DNA from: an uncultured Clostridia bacterium
Lineage (GTDB): Bacteria > Bacillota > Clostridia > Christensenellales > UBA1242
Direction: 5' to 3'
Assembly (NCBI GenBank): GCA_934757865.1
Contig: CAKVLS010000003.1
Coordinates: 67,180-131,179 of the forward strand
Length of the DNA stretch: 64,000 nt
Shown here piece after piece: positions 19,138 to 29,077 of the stretch. Made by a program: the position numbers and the translations under genes. The first letter of the stretch is position 1, and each line of letters opens with the position of its first letter. Below the pieces are notes generated by a model. It worked only from the letters and a program-made list of their open reading frames with translations, was not told the DNA's origin and searched no databases.

Positions 19138-20133
19138 ATGAGCGAATTAAATTATTTTTCAAGCAACCTAAAAGTTTTGGCTGATAAATATAGCCAAAAG
19201 AAAATTGCCGAAGATACAGGGGTATCTCCAGCAAGTATCAACAACTACCTTAACAAAAGTAGTGACCCATCAAGCAGTTTTTTGCTTAAACTAAAAAAGG
19301 CATATGATATCAACATAGACAACTTTTTGACTGGTCCATACGAAGCCCCAGAAAAAAAAGAACTATCCAAAATAGATATTAGATTTTTGGGCGACTATGC
19401 GCTATATTTTTATGATACTAATGTATACAAAGGCAGAGTTCATAGATCAACTAATATTTTGAGATATGGCGTACTTTCTGTCGTTGGCGAAGGCAAAGAT
19501 AAAGACGGACTTAGAGTTTTTGCTAAGTTCTTTGACACAAGAAGACAAATGGAAGACACTTTCAAATATCTAAGTGGAGCTAGTGAGAAGAAAAAGTTAG
19601 AGTATTACGCTGAGCAAGATGTTAAGTATACTGGCGAGCTAGAAACTAGCGCCGCACAGATTTTTGTGCTTCTAAAAAATACTGCCGAAGAGGATCACTG
19701 CTTAATTATTCTTAATAATCCACCTAGCAATAATAAATATATCGGTGGACTAGGCACAGTTAACTCTGTCGCTCGTGGCAGAGAAAAAATGCCTTGCGTT
19801 CAATATATCATCGTTAGTGATAAACTATTTAGAATACCAGACGGCGAACTATACCAAAGATTATCTCTTGGTATTAGCGAGGTCAATGTGCAGAACGAAA
19901 CTAATCAACTAATTACTTTGTTTAAGAACTTGTATTTAGAAAGTGACAGCAACCCTAACGGACTAAATGACTTCCAGAAGCAAAGAATTATAAGCGACAG
20001 CTTAGAGAACATGCTAGAAGAGATGATTGACGCCAACATGTTTAGATTTGCCAAAGTATCGAACAACGAAGATGATAGATTCTTTAGAATGATAAGAGAC
20101 GATTCTTACGGAGAGGACGATGATAGATTATAA
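19138..20133 (+). CDS. XRE-family HTH protein with uncharacterised C-terminal domain
   Basis: N-terminal KKIAEDTGVSPASINNYLNKSSDPSSSFLLKLKKAYDINIDNFL is a Cro/C1-type HTH. The remaining roughly 260 aa were not recognised. Confidence 0.7.
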   Translation: MSELNYFSSNLKVLADKYSQKKIAEDTGVSPASINNYLNKSSDPSSSFLLKLKKAYDINIDNFLTGPYEAPEKKELSKIDIRFLGDYALYFYDTNVYKGRVHRSTNILRYGVLSVVGEGKDKDGLRVFAKFFDTRRQMEDTFKYLSGASEKKKLEYYAEQDVKYTGELETSAAQIFVLLKNTAEEDHCLIILNNPPSNNKYIGGLGTVNSVARGREKMPCVQYIIVSDKLFRIPDGELYQRLSLGISEVNVQNETNQLITLFKNLYLESDSNPNGLNDFQKQRIISDSLENMLEEMIDANMFRFAKVSNNEDDRFFRMIRDDSYGEDDDRL

Positions 20134-21577
20134 AAAAGAATTTGACGAAATAGTCGAAGACCTTACAAAGAACAACTCGACTGGTATACTTAATGTTGTT
20201 AATGCCTTCAACCTTGCCGAAAAACTTCATGACGGACAAATGCGTAAAGATGGCGAAAAGTACATTACTCACCCAGTTGCTGTTGCTAAGATTTTGGCGG
20301 AACTTGATTTTGATAGTGATATGATAGCTGCGGGACTTTTGCATGATGTAGTAGAAGACTGTGGCTATACTGTAGCTGAAATAAGAGAAAACTTCAACGA
20401 CAAGGTAGCTAGCATAGTTGACGCTGTTACTGCAATAGAAGAAAATGAGGCATCTATCAAAGATATCTTTTATGATGAAAATTTCAAAAAAGACAGTTTA
20501 GATGACCAAACTTTTAATAAGCTAATATCTTTTGGAAAACAAAACAAACTTGCCTTTTATATTAAGTTTGCCGATAGACTTCACAACCTTAGAACAATTA
20601 ATATTTTTAGCGAGTACAAGCAGGTAGAAAAGGTAAAGGAAACCCAAAAGTGGATTATTCCGCTAGCATACCTTCTAAAATCAAAATACTTCTATGACAA
20701 CCTAAAAAATGAGTGTTTTAGAATTCTAAACAAAGACTTATATGCAGAACTTAACGAAAGATACGAGATGTATTATGAGTCGTGCAAAACTAGAGTCGAA
20801 GAGCTTTGCGAAGATTTGAGCTATAAGGTAAGCAATTACTTTTCAAAGAAGCAATACCCTTTTAACAAAGTCCTAACTGAAAGAGATACCTTATATAGCC
20901 TTTGCGAAAGAATGAAAAAGACCCTAGAAATAAATTCTGTTAAACATATTAAGAGAAACTCATTTAATCGTATGCCAACTATCAAGATTTTCTTGTTATT
21001 TAATGGTAAGACAGAAAATTTATTCAACCTAGCCTACGAAATGTTTGAAAAAAATGTACTTGATGACGAGCTAAAAATAATAGGCTACGAAAAGAACGAT
21101 AGATACAAACTTCATTATCTTATAGTAGAAGACCATAGCGGTATCAAGTATAGACTTACAGCTATGACAACAGAGCAGTACCTTCTTGTCCGCAATGGAA
21201 CAATAGAGAGCTCTGAGATTGACCTTATTGACGAGGGCACTATTGGAGATATCGCAAGGAGATATATTATGGTGCGTACAAGGTCCGAAGAAGAGATTAG
21301 ACTTCCAGAAAACAGCACTGTTTTAGACTTCGCTTTTAAGGTTCACAATGACCTAGGTTTGTCTTGTAAGTATGCATTGATAAATAACTCACCAACACCA
21401 AAAGCACCTTATACAAGGCTTGCAGAGGGCGATAAAGTAGTTGTTTATAATGAAACTGACAATAAGACTGGACTTTTGAAACCTGTTGCCGAAATTAGAT
21501 GGTTTGCGTATGTTAATACCGAGCATGCCAAAAAAGTTCTTATCAAATACTTTGAGAAAAAGTACTCTGAGAAGTAG
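20120..21577 (+). CDS. SpoT/Rel-homolog: HD (p)ppGpp hydrolase domain, degenerate synthetase-like domain, TGS domain; no C-terminal ACT region
   Basis: THPVAVAKIL...LLHDVVEDC...DRLHNLRT give an intact HD domain. The synthetase positions are diverged (ERD..YSLCERMKK, YKLHYL, YRLTAMT in place of EIQIRT). TGS-like LPENSTVLDFAFKVHNDLG...GDKVVV. It overlaps the upstream gene by 14 nt. Confidence 0.7.
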   Translation: MIDYKKEFDEIVEDLTKNNSTGILNVVNAFNLAEKLHDGQMRKDGEKYITHPVAVAKILAELDFDSDMIAAGLLHDVVEDCGYTVAEIRENFNDKVASIVDAVTAIEENEASIKDIFYDENFKKDSLDDQTFNKLISFGKQNKLAFYIKFADRLHNLRTINIFSEYKQVEKVKETQKWIIPLAYLLKSKYFYDNLKNECFRILNKDLYAELNERYEMYYESCKTRVEELCEDLSYKVSNYFSKKQYPFNKVLTERDTLYSLCERMKKTLEINSVKHIKRNSFNRMPTIKIFLLFNGKTENLFNLAYEMFEKNVLDDELKIIGYEKNDRYKLHYLIVEDHSGIKYRLTAMTTEQYLLVRNGTIESSEIDLIDEGTIGDIARRYIMVRTRSEEEIRLPENSTVLDFAFKVHNDLGLSCKYALINNSPTPKAPYTRLAEGDKVVVYNETDNKTGLLKPVAEIRWFAYVNTEHAKKVLIKYFEKKYSEK

Positions 21578-21667
21578 TTATTTTTGGCAAGTAAATAAAG
21601 ATAAATATAATTGTAATAAATATATATAAATATGATAAATTATAAAGACCAATATGAAATTAGGTAC

Positions 21668-21706
21668 AAAAAAAAGACTGATTATTTAATCAGTCTTTTT
21701 TTTATT
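21668..21706. terminator. bidirectional intrinsic terminator
   Basis: AAGACTGATTA / TAATCAGTCTT stem between an A8 run and a T8 run, at convergent gene ends. Confidence 0.75.
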
Positions 21707-24700
21707 TTAATAATTACCAGATTTCCATTCAGCATAGAAGGTAGTATTTTGGGTTATTGTTGTTACAATCTTGGTATAACTGTCAGTATTGTAGTTTACA
21801 CATTTTGTTGTGTTCCATGATACTACTTTGAAATCATAAGTTAAACCGTAGCGATATTTTGCGGTTGATCTTACTTCTTCACTTTCTCTTCTTGATGCAT
21901 CTAGTATAGATACAACTTTTGTTAGAGTAGTGCCATCTAATACAGAACCGCTAAGTACATATTTATCAGCAACACTTGTTGGAGCACTTGCTTGTTTTCC
22001 ATCATTTATCCAATGATTTGGTCTAGCCCAGTTGGTAACAAATGATAGTTTTACATAAGAAAGTGTTTGATATTCCCATGTAGCATCAAATGTCATATTT
22101 TGGCTAGGCATAACGCTAGGTGTAGATACTGTAATATCGCTAGATAGTTTGTATCCGCCGAAAATATATGCTTCTATGTAGTTAGGAATGCTGTCGTTAT
22201 AAACGGTATTTTCATAACTATTTTGTGTAGGAACATCATAGCTTGCGCCTTGATACTCAGTTATAACTTTTGTAGCCTTGTCGCCAAAGCTTGAAGTAAA
22301 TGTTAATGTATATTTGTTTCTCACATAAACATTTAGGTCATTAGAAGGCATTGTTGTTGGTAAAGTCTCGTACATATTAACGAAATCTTTATCCTCATAC
22401 CATAGTGTGTCATCTTTGTGACTAACTAGTGACAAGATATCGATAGGTGTACCATCTACATAGTAGCCTAGGTACAATTCTTTATCTCCGTCATAGATTG
22501 CTAGCTTTCTTTGATATGTTCTAGATACTTCGGTGTATTTTGCATATACTGTGATATCTTCGTTACCCATTACTTCTAGGGCGAATTTGTCACCATATAC
22601 AACCTCACCGTCAACTATCTCTCCATAGTACCAGCCGTCAAATGTATATACAATAGTAACGCCAAGTTCTTCGTTATGAACGACAACCTCATCATCTCTT
22701 GTAGGGATGTTAGCTGAGATATCATAACTATTAAATGTACTATAAGAAGTAGTCTTATTAAGAATATTGTCTACGAAATTGATTGTATGTTTTGTGTAGC
22801 TTTCTTTTAGAGTCCACTTAGCATAGAAGGTAATATCGCTATCTTCTTGCATCAAGAAGTCCCCAGTAAGAGGTGTATCTGTTAGGTTTGCATTTCTGCA
22901 CCAGCCTAAGAACTCATAAATGTCTAAGCTGCTCTCTGTCTCAATTTCTTTAGTTGGAGTAGGAAGAGTAATGCTTCTACCTTTTTGAATCATCTTGTTT
23001 TGAACTTCGCTTCCGCCGTTCTCAACAAATTTTATAATCAAGCTGCCATCGTCCCAACGACCAAATGCAGTAGCATCAAGTTTGCTTATCTCATTAGCTA
23101 CGCCTTGAGTGTTTGAGATATTAGCGAAGTTTACATTAGCGTTAGCGTAGATATATACGCCAGATACTGCTTCTAGTGTTATGTTGTTAACACTTAGAGC
23201 ACTTATTGTATCGCCTGTTGTAGAAACTGTTACGCCAGTCTTGTTGTCGCTAGAATAGCCTTTCATCATATCCATAAGCGATAGTTGCCTTAGGTCTATA
23301 CCTATGTTGTATGTTCTGTTATTGCCGCTAGCAACATATACATAATCTTTCAAAATGTTCTCTGCTTTTCTAGGCCCGTCAATGTACTTGATATCTGCAG
23401 AAAGTATAGATGCTAGAGTGTTCTTAGATATGTTAGTTATATCTGATATGATGTTAACAAGGTTTGCGTTAATTTCTGAAAGTTTGTATTTAGATTTTAG
23501 TTCGTTGCCAGTTCTACTAATGTATAGTATTGGCTCGCCCTCTAATCTGTCTGTGATATATATTGTTGTATATATCTTCTTAGTTCCGTTAAGTACAGCA
23601 ATCTTAGGAATATCAAGATATGCTTTTGCCTCAAATGGAATACCGTTTTTCTTAGTTGTGTCAAGGTCAAGGTTTAGAGTGAAAGGAATAGCTTTGTCAA
23701 TAGGTATACCGATTATTTCGGCTCTAACTTTGAACTCGCCACTTAGGTATGCTTTGTATACTTTGTTGTCAGTAGTAGTCTTTTGCGCGGTCTTGTCAAA
23801 AGCGCTAACAAACTTGCCGATAGAAGTCATATCCATGTAACTTTCTTGTGGATTAACCTCGAAGCTATCTGTTAGGTCTACTGTCATGTCAAAGTCAAGT
23901 AGCATATCGTTAGGAAGTTTTAAGTTAGAGATAACCATAGTCAAACGATTATTTTCGTCTAGTTTGACCTTAATCATAATCTCTTCCTCAAAGCTTGGAA
24001 CTAGAGAAGAGATATCGATACCAATATCAAGACTGCTGTCGCTGTTTAGTCTCAAAGTCTTAAGTAGAGGTATGTAGTCTTGTAGGTTATCAAATAGTTT
24101 AGACATATCAGGAGCATTGAATAGTAAGTTGCCCATAGTGTCGAACTTAATCATATCAAATACTTCTAGTATCTTACCGCTAAAGCTCAAGTCACTTAGA
24201 TAGTTAGTTACGATACTCTTTAGGGTGCTAATAAGTTCGCTGTTACTTTGTTTACTAAATTTTGCTCTTAGTCCGTTGTAATCAATGTAGATAAAGTTGC
24301 TATCAAAGTGAGCTGTAACTCTGTGGTCATAGCCTGCTAGATACTCGTTGTATAGTGAGCCGTAACCTGTTACATTTAGGTAACCTGTGAATAAGTTTTT
24401 ATCCTTTGTAGTGTCAAATCTCATATTGTCGTAGGTTAGAGAAATTTTGTCTTCTTTTCCGTCAACAGTAACTTTTGTTCCGTCACTGTTTAGCTTACAC
24501 AATGTTGCCTTGCCGCTCAAAATATATTGGTCGGTTGTCTCATCTTTTGAAGCATTGATTAGTCTCTCTACTTCGTCAAAGTAATTAGCAAATGTTCTAT
24601 ATGTTGCATAATCGTTATCGTTAGGAAGAGTAACTATTGCATCGCTGCCAAAGCTAAAGTTGTCTACACATGCCTTGTCTCCATAAGTGATGCGAGATAA

Positions 24701-27100
24701 ATACAACTTGCCGTCTATAGTCTTGGTGTCTATTGTTATGGTGTTTCCGCTAATCTCAAGGATAAGTGAACCATCAACAACTCTTAGGCTAGAAATGTTA
24801 ACATTTTCTAGGCTTGGGTTAGATGACATATTTTCAGCTTTTGATATTAGAGAGTTGATAATTTCATCAACATTTATATCTAGGCCAAACTTAGAGTTTA
24901 GATATTCTGCAAGCTCATATCTTTCATCATAACTTGCTTTTAGATATACATCTTTTACCTTAGCATAAATTGTCTTGTTGTAGTAAATAACATTGATATC
25001 TTGGCCAAATACATTAGTGTTTAGTTCAGCAACCAAGGTGTTGTTTATGTAGTTTAGTTTGAAGCTTCCGGTGTACTCTGTGCCTTTTATGTCAAGGGCA
25101 ATATTGCCACCGATAGCCCTAGTCTTAACAGAATTTGCAAAAGCTCTAATTGTATCTTTTAGGTCTGCAAAAGTTAAGTAATCTTTGTTTGTGTTGCTAT
25201 CAAGAACTACTGCACCATATTCTGTAAGTTTGATAGCTATATCAAACTCGCTATTTGTTACATTTATTTTTGAGATATAATCTCTGTTGGTATGGATAGC
25301 TATTGTAGTTCCGTCTATATCAATCTCTAAACCGTTATTTATTGATTTTAGGCTTCTTATCATTGATATATCAAATTTTGTATTAGCAAGAACATTTTTG
25401 ATCTTAGGGAGTTTAATGTCTTTGCCAAGAATTTCGTTTACGAAAGCTAGTATGTCGTCTTTTTCGTCAAGTGACATTTTGAAGTTAACGTCATCAAAAG
25501 TCACATAAGCTGTAGTATCTTTAGTAATAATAGATATTGTTTTGCCAAGAGCAGTAACTTTGATATTGCCTAGTACATATCCGTCATCTCTTACGCCAAA
25601 GTCAACTTTTAGCTTGTTTCCGGCGATTGTTGCCTCTAAGCTACCGCTAGCTCCGTGAGTACCGATAGTGTGAGTCAACTTTTTAACTATGGTCATTATA
25701 TCTGCAAGGTCGCAGAAGTTGTTAGTATCAATTTCAAAGTCAACTTTTTCAAGTGAGATATTGCCAAAAACTACTTCATAATCTTGATATGTGGCTTTAA
25801 TCTCTACAATGTTGTCATTCTTAAAAGTGATAACAACATTTATATCTCCGTCAATGTATGAGATATGGTCGTCTGCTATCTCTAGATTGTTTAGTTTATC
25901 AAGGATATCTTTTAGTTTAATATCTTTGCTAGAATCTTTTAGAGAAGTTACTATATCATTTAGCTTAGTCTCAAGGTTTACTATTACGCTTGGGTCATAG
26001 CTGTTTATTACATCTTTTAGGTCAGTTTGAGCAAAGTCTTTAATATTCTTTAACTCGTCTATAGTTGACATTACTTTGATATTGCCAAAAGTAGTAAATA
26101 TGCTGTTATCTTTGTATCCAAAGGTTAATCCGTTATAATCTGTTGTAACTTTTGCTTTTATGTCACTTGCAAAGTCAGCTAATATGTTTGCGTTAATATT
26201 TTGTCCTGCGATGTTAAGGCTTGCATCTAGGGCAACAAATCCGTTTTTCTTTATTTCATTTAGTTGATTGAAAACTCTTGTTACATTGTCGATATTAACA
26301 AAAGTTTTATCAGGCTTTTCGATATCTACTGTTTTGCCAAGGTCAAGAGCAATATTTGCTGATATTATATACCCTTGTATCTCGGCATCTTTTACGCTGA
26401 TGCTTACTGGTACATAACGAGTATCTTGACCATCTGCTTTAACTATACGGCATACAATGTTAGCTTTTATCCCCATAAACTCAAGAGACATATTAAGCAT
26501 TGTTTTGTCGTCATTTTCGGTTTCTTTGTACTCGCCCATATATCCAAGTAAACTTGTTGGGTCAAAGTCATCTCCGCCAAGCGATGGAATCCTAGCTCCA
26601 AATAGTTCTAGAGCAGAGTTTATAGCAGTCATAAGGTTGTCTGTGTTAAGACAGAAGTTACCGCCAAGAGCTTCTACATATACATTTTTGTTTTTGTAAG
26701 TTATGGCAATTTTTTCTTGTCTTAAAATATCTTTTGACTCACTCTCGCCGTTTATTGTTCTTTTATAAAAAGCAAGGTCGATATCTCCGCTGGCTTCAAT
26801 GTTAGAGAAGTTTTCGCCTAGACTAAGTTCTAGCGCCAAACTCAAATCAACATTTTGGTCAGGGTTATCTTTTACTTTTAGACTTGCGTCTAGTTTTATT
26901 CCCGCACTTTGCATATCCATAAACTCAGTGACCATATCCATCAAATGGTTATCGTCAGTGGCGATTATGTTTCCGCTGGGGTTTCCGTTATTGATGTTTG
27001 CACTGCTGTTTTGCGAAACGAGCACAACGCCGGTTGCTGTGGCGAGGGTAATAGCTAGGTAGCAAAGAAAAAATCTCACGCCTTTAAGAAACTTTTTCAT
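21707..27100 (-). CDS. giant secreted/membrane-anchored surface protein (1797 aa): beta-rich super-repeats plus C-terminal Flg_new-type repeats
   Basis: N-terminal hydrophobic anchor. Internal repeat units of roughly 190-250 aa. C-terminal third carries FLGWCRN, FDGWYYG and FGGYKLS repeat signatures. RBS AGGAGA. Confidence 0.85.
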   Translation of the reverse strand: MKKFLKGVRFFLCYLAITLATATGVVLVSQNSSANINNGNPSGNIIATDDNHLMDMVTEFMDMQSAGIKLDASLKVKDNPDQNVDLSLALELSLGENFSNIEASGDIDLAFYKRTINGESESKDILRQEKIAITYKNKNVYVEALGGNFCLNTDNLMTAINSALELFGARIPSLGGDDFDPTSLLGYMGEYKETENDDKTMLNMSLEFMGIKANIVCRIVKADGQDTRYVPVSISVKDAEIQGYIISANIALDLGKTVDIEKPDKTFVNIDNVTRVFNQLNEIKKNGFVALDASLNIAGQNINANILADFASDIKAKVTTDYNGLTFGYKDNSIFTTFGNIKVMSTIDELKNIKDFAQTDLKDVINSYDPSVIVNLETKLNDIVTSLKDSSKDIKLKDILDKLNNLEIADDHISYIDGDINVVITFKNDNIVEIKATYQDYEVVFGNISLEKVDFEIDTNNFCDLADIMTIVKKLTHTIGTHGASGSLEATIAGNKLKVDFGVRDDGYVLGNIKVTALGKTISIITKDTTAYVTFDDVNFKMSLDEKDDILAFVNEILGKDIKLPKIKNVLANTKFDISMIRSLKSINNGLEIDIDGTTIAIHTNRDYISKINVTNSEFDIAIKLTEYGAVVLDSNTNKDYLTFADLKDTIRAFANSVKTRAIGGNIALDIKGTEYTGSFKLNYINNTLVAELNTNVFGQDINVIYYNKTIYAKVKDVYLKASYDERYELAEYLNSKFGLDINVDEIINSLISKAENMSSNPSLENVNISSLRVVDGSLILEISGNTITIDTKTIDGKLYLSRITYGDKACVDNFSFGSDAIVTLPNDNDYATYRTFANYFDEVERLINASKDETTDQYILSGKATLCKLNSDGTKVTVDGKEDKISLTYDNMRFDTTKDKNLFTGYLNVTGYGSLYNEYLAGYDHRVTAHFDSNFIYIDYNGLRAKFSKQSNSELISTLKSIVTNYLSDLSFSGKILEVFDMIKFDTMGNLLFNAPDMSKLFDNLQDYIPLLKTLRLNSDSSLDIGIDISSLVPSFEEEIMIKVKLDENNRLTMVISNLKLPNDMLLDFDMTVDLTDSFEVNPQESYMDMTSIGKFVSAFDKTAQKTTTDNKVYKAYLSGEFKVRAEIIGIPIDKAIPFTLNLDLDTTKKNGIPFEAKAYLDIPKIAVLNGTKKIYTTIYITDRLEGEPILYISRTGNELKSKYKLSEINANLVNIISDITNISKNTLASILSADIKYIDGPRKAENILKDYVYVASGNNRTYNIGIDLRQLSLMDMMKGYSSDNKTGVTVSTTGDTISALSVNNITLEAVSGVYIYANANVNFANISNTQGVANEISKLDATAFGRWDDGSLIIKFVENGGSEVQNKMIQKGRSITLPTPTKEIETESSLDIYEFLGWCRNANLTDTPLTGDFLMQEDSDITFYAKWTLKESYTKHTINFVDNILNKTTSYSTFNSYDISANIPTRDDEVVVHNEELGVTIVYTFDGWYYGEIVDGEVVYGDKFALEVMGNEDITVYAKYTEVSRTYQRKLAIYDGDKELYLGYYVDGTPIDILSLVSHKDDTLWYEDKDFVNMYETLPTTMPSNDLNVYVRNKYTLTFTSSFGDKATKVITEYQGASYDVPTQNSYENTVYNDSIPNYIEAYIFGGYKLSSDITVSTPSVMPSQNMTFDATWEYQTLSYVKLSFVTNWARPNHWINDGKQASAPTSVADKYVLSGSVLDGTTLTKVVSILDASRRESEEVRSTAKYRYGLTYDFKVVSWNTTKCVNYNTDSYTKIVTTITQNTTFYAEWKSGNY

Positions 27101-27246
27101 ATTTTTCCTATCTCCTATATTTTTTGAACATTGCTAACTTATAGCCTAGAGAGAATATTTGCTAGCAACGATGATCTTAAATTTATAATGCCGTTGTTTA
27201 CAACTATTTAGCTGTTGTAATTATTTTTTGTTTAAGCTTTTTGCTT

Positions 27247-28377
27247 TTAAGCTGGGATCGTGTAATCCCCGTTGTAATAAAAGTTTTGATGTAAAGTACC
27301 TGTACATTTAGGTGAAAGTGAACCATACTTAACGCTGTATTTCTCAAAAATGTCTAGGCAGTCAAACATAACTTTTCCGTCTAGCATGATAAGGCTGACG
27401 TCAAGAGTTACTGATGTAAAACTTGGATAGTCGCTTAAAGAACTTACAGTTTTCATTTGTTTAACATAGTTAAGAACTGAAGCTCCTGGGTGAAGAGTCA
27501 ATCTAAAACAGTATTTGTTTATACCATTTTGATTAACTACTTTGAAGTCTGAGCAGTCAAGTATTGTCTTTTGAGAAACTATATATGCAATAGGGCTTTC
27601 TGGAAGCGCTCCCATAGCATCAACATATTTTTGTCTGTTCCACTTTTCTGTTTTACCGCTATAATCAGTGTTGTAGATAAATCCTACTTTGTTACCATTA
27701 GAGCAATCAAAAGGACAATCTAGAGTAGAGCCAAGTGAAGCTCTGCCAAGAAGTTTGCCTTTTACATGAGTTATGTGGGTGTCTTCGTTATTCTCGTCAT
27801 ACTCAGCAGGCTTATAGATATATCTATCAGCAACCGCTACCATACCATCACTTATCTGTTCTATATAACAGTTTTCACCATCAAAAGTCTTTCTTGCGTA
27901 AACTGTTTGGGTAACGATAGTGCTAACTAGTCCGTTACTGATAAGGTCGTATGATCTTGCTCCCTTGAAGTTTTGTTCTGCGGCAATAAATGATTTCCAT
28001 GCATCATTTTTGCTAGGGGTACGGCTAGCATACTGAGTAGCTATTGAGTCGTTGCCCGCTCTTAACTCTTCTTCTGAGAATAAGCTATAATCTGTTTGCG
28101 GACCACCTATAAAGTTTGCTACAAACCAGTTGCCGGCAAACACGCCAGAGCTTATACCCATAACAAAAAGTACAATAAGTGATGCAAGTGACTTGGTGCT
28201 AAACTTTTTCTTGCGTTTTTGATACATAGTCCTTTGGCGGGGCTTGACCTTTTTTGGTTTAGCTTGCTTTGCCACTTTGTTTTGTGATTTGACTATATTG
28301 TTAGGAACTTCTCTTTTAACAATTTGTTTTTTCTTTGGCATCTTTTTTAGATTCCTTTTCGTTGCCTTTTTTGCCAA
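27247..28377 (-). CDS. single-pass membrane protein with basic N-terminus and unknown extracytoplasmic domain
   Basis: Lys-rich N-terminus, a TM segment (LASLIVLFVMGISSGVFAG), then about 290 aa with no recognised domain. The start is uncertain: alternatives are 28341 or 28227, and the longest form overlaps the upstream gene by 62 nt. Confidence 0.6.
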   Translation of the reverse strand: MAKKATKRNLKKMPKKKQIVKREVPNNIVKSQNKVAKQAKPKKVKPRQRTMYQKRKKKFSTKSLASLIVLFVMGISSGVFAGNWFVANFIGGPQTDYSLFSEEELRAGNDSIATQYASRTPSKNDAWKSFIAAEQNFKGARSYDLISNGLVSTIVTQTVYARKTFDGENCYIEQISDGMVAVADRYIYKPAEYDENNEDTHITHVKGKLLGRASLGSTLDCPFDCSNGNKVGFIYNTDYSGKTEKWNRQKYVDAMGALPESPIAYIVSQKTILDCSDFKVVNQNGINKYCFRLTLHPGASVLNYVKQMKTVSSLSDYPSFTSVTLDVSLIMLDGKVMFDCLDIFEKYSVKYGSLSPKCTGTLHQNFYYNGDYTIPA

Positions 28378-29077
28378 GTTCCCATAAATATCTTAGTGGT
28401 ATAGTTGTTACACGGCTGATCTGTCTAGCAGATGCTTTTGTGATAGCAACAATGTTAGATATTAGTTTGTTAAGTTTATTCTTTGATAAATCTTTGACTT
28501 CTTTTCCGTCAAGTTTATATGTGTCTTGAATATATTGTCCTAGCTCGTTGTCAGTTAGCTTCTTTTGTAAAGATTCTGTAGACATGTTATTTTTGTCCTT
28601 AGAAAATTTATAAAACTCTTCGCTGCTTCCAAATCTTTCTAGAATAAAATCTTTATCAATAAACTCATCTTCAAAATATTTTTTGAAACTGCAATATTTT
28701 GTTGGTTGAAGGTTGTTAAGCTCGTGAACTCTCAAAATAAGAGAAACGACCTCATCATAATTTTGGGCTGGAGTAGTGCTGGCTCTATCGCCAAAAACTT
28801 TGCCTGTTCTTCTGTAAGTAAGGTTGTACTTTTTTGCAAACTTAACACAAATCTTACGAAGAAGAATATCAATGTTCATTTTGATGTCAAAAGCCACAAG
28901 ATAAAAAGCTTTATCTTTTAGATTATAAGCCAAAAGCTCAAAAGAATCTTTTTTGATTTCGTTAATGTAATGCAAAAAGTTTAGCTTGTCTTGATTAGAA
29001 AAAACTACGCCGTCTTTTGCATTAAAGCAAATCGCATAACTATTGATGATACTTAATTCTCTTGCTTTTCTTGCCAT
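28316..29077 (-). CDS. IS200/RayT-like (Y1 HUH fold) protein lacking catalytic residues, with C-terminal HTH-like tail
   Basis: Collinear with the COG1943 pattern (MARKARE..., GKVFGDRAST versus GHLWQ.RF.S, LRVHELN versus LRYIH.NP). The HUH position reads KAFYLV and the catalytic Tyr position is Val. Confidence 0.55.
   Translation of the reverse strand: MARKARELSIINSYAICFNAKDGVVFSNQDKLNFLHYINEIKKDSFELLAYNLKDKAFYLVAFDIKMNIDILLRKICVKFAKKYNLTYRRTGKVFGDRASTTPAQNYDEVVSLILRVHELNNLQPTKYCSFKKYFEDEFIDKDFILERFGSSEEFYKFSKDKNNMSTESLQKKLTDNELGQYIQDTYKLDGKEVKDLSKNKLNKLISNIVAITKASARQISRVTTIPLRYLWELGKKGNEKESKKDAKEKTNC

Noticed and set aside
23355-27062. Plus-strand ORFs (63-161 aa) inside the 1797-aa gene, and similar antisense ORFs inside the 3317-aa gene, gatA/B, the ABC exporter and others
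   Set aside because: They are antisense shadows of long, motif-supported genes. None has an RBS or a recognisable domain.
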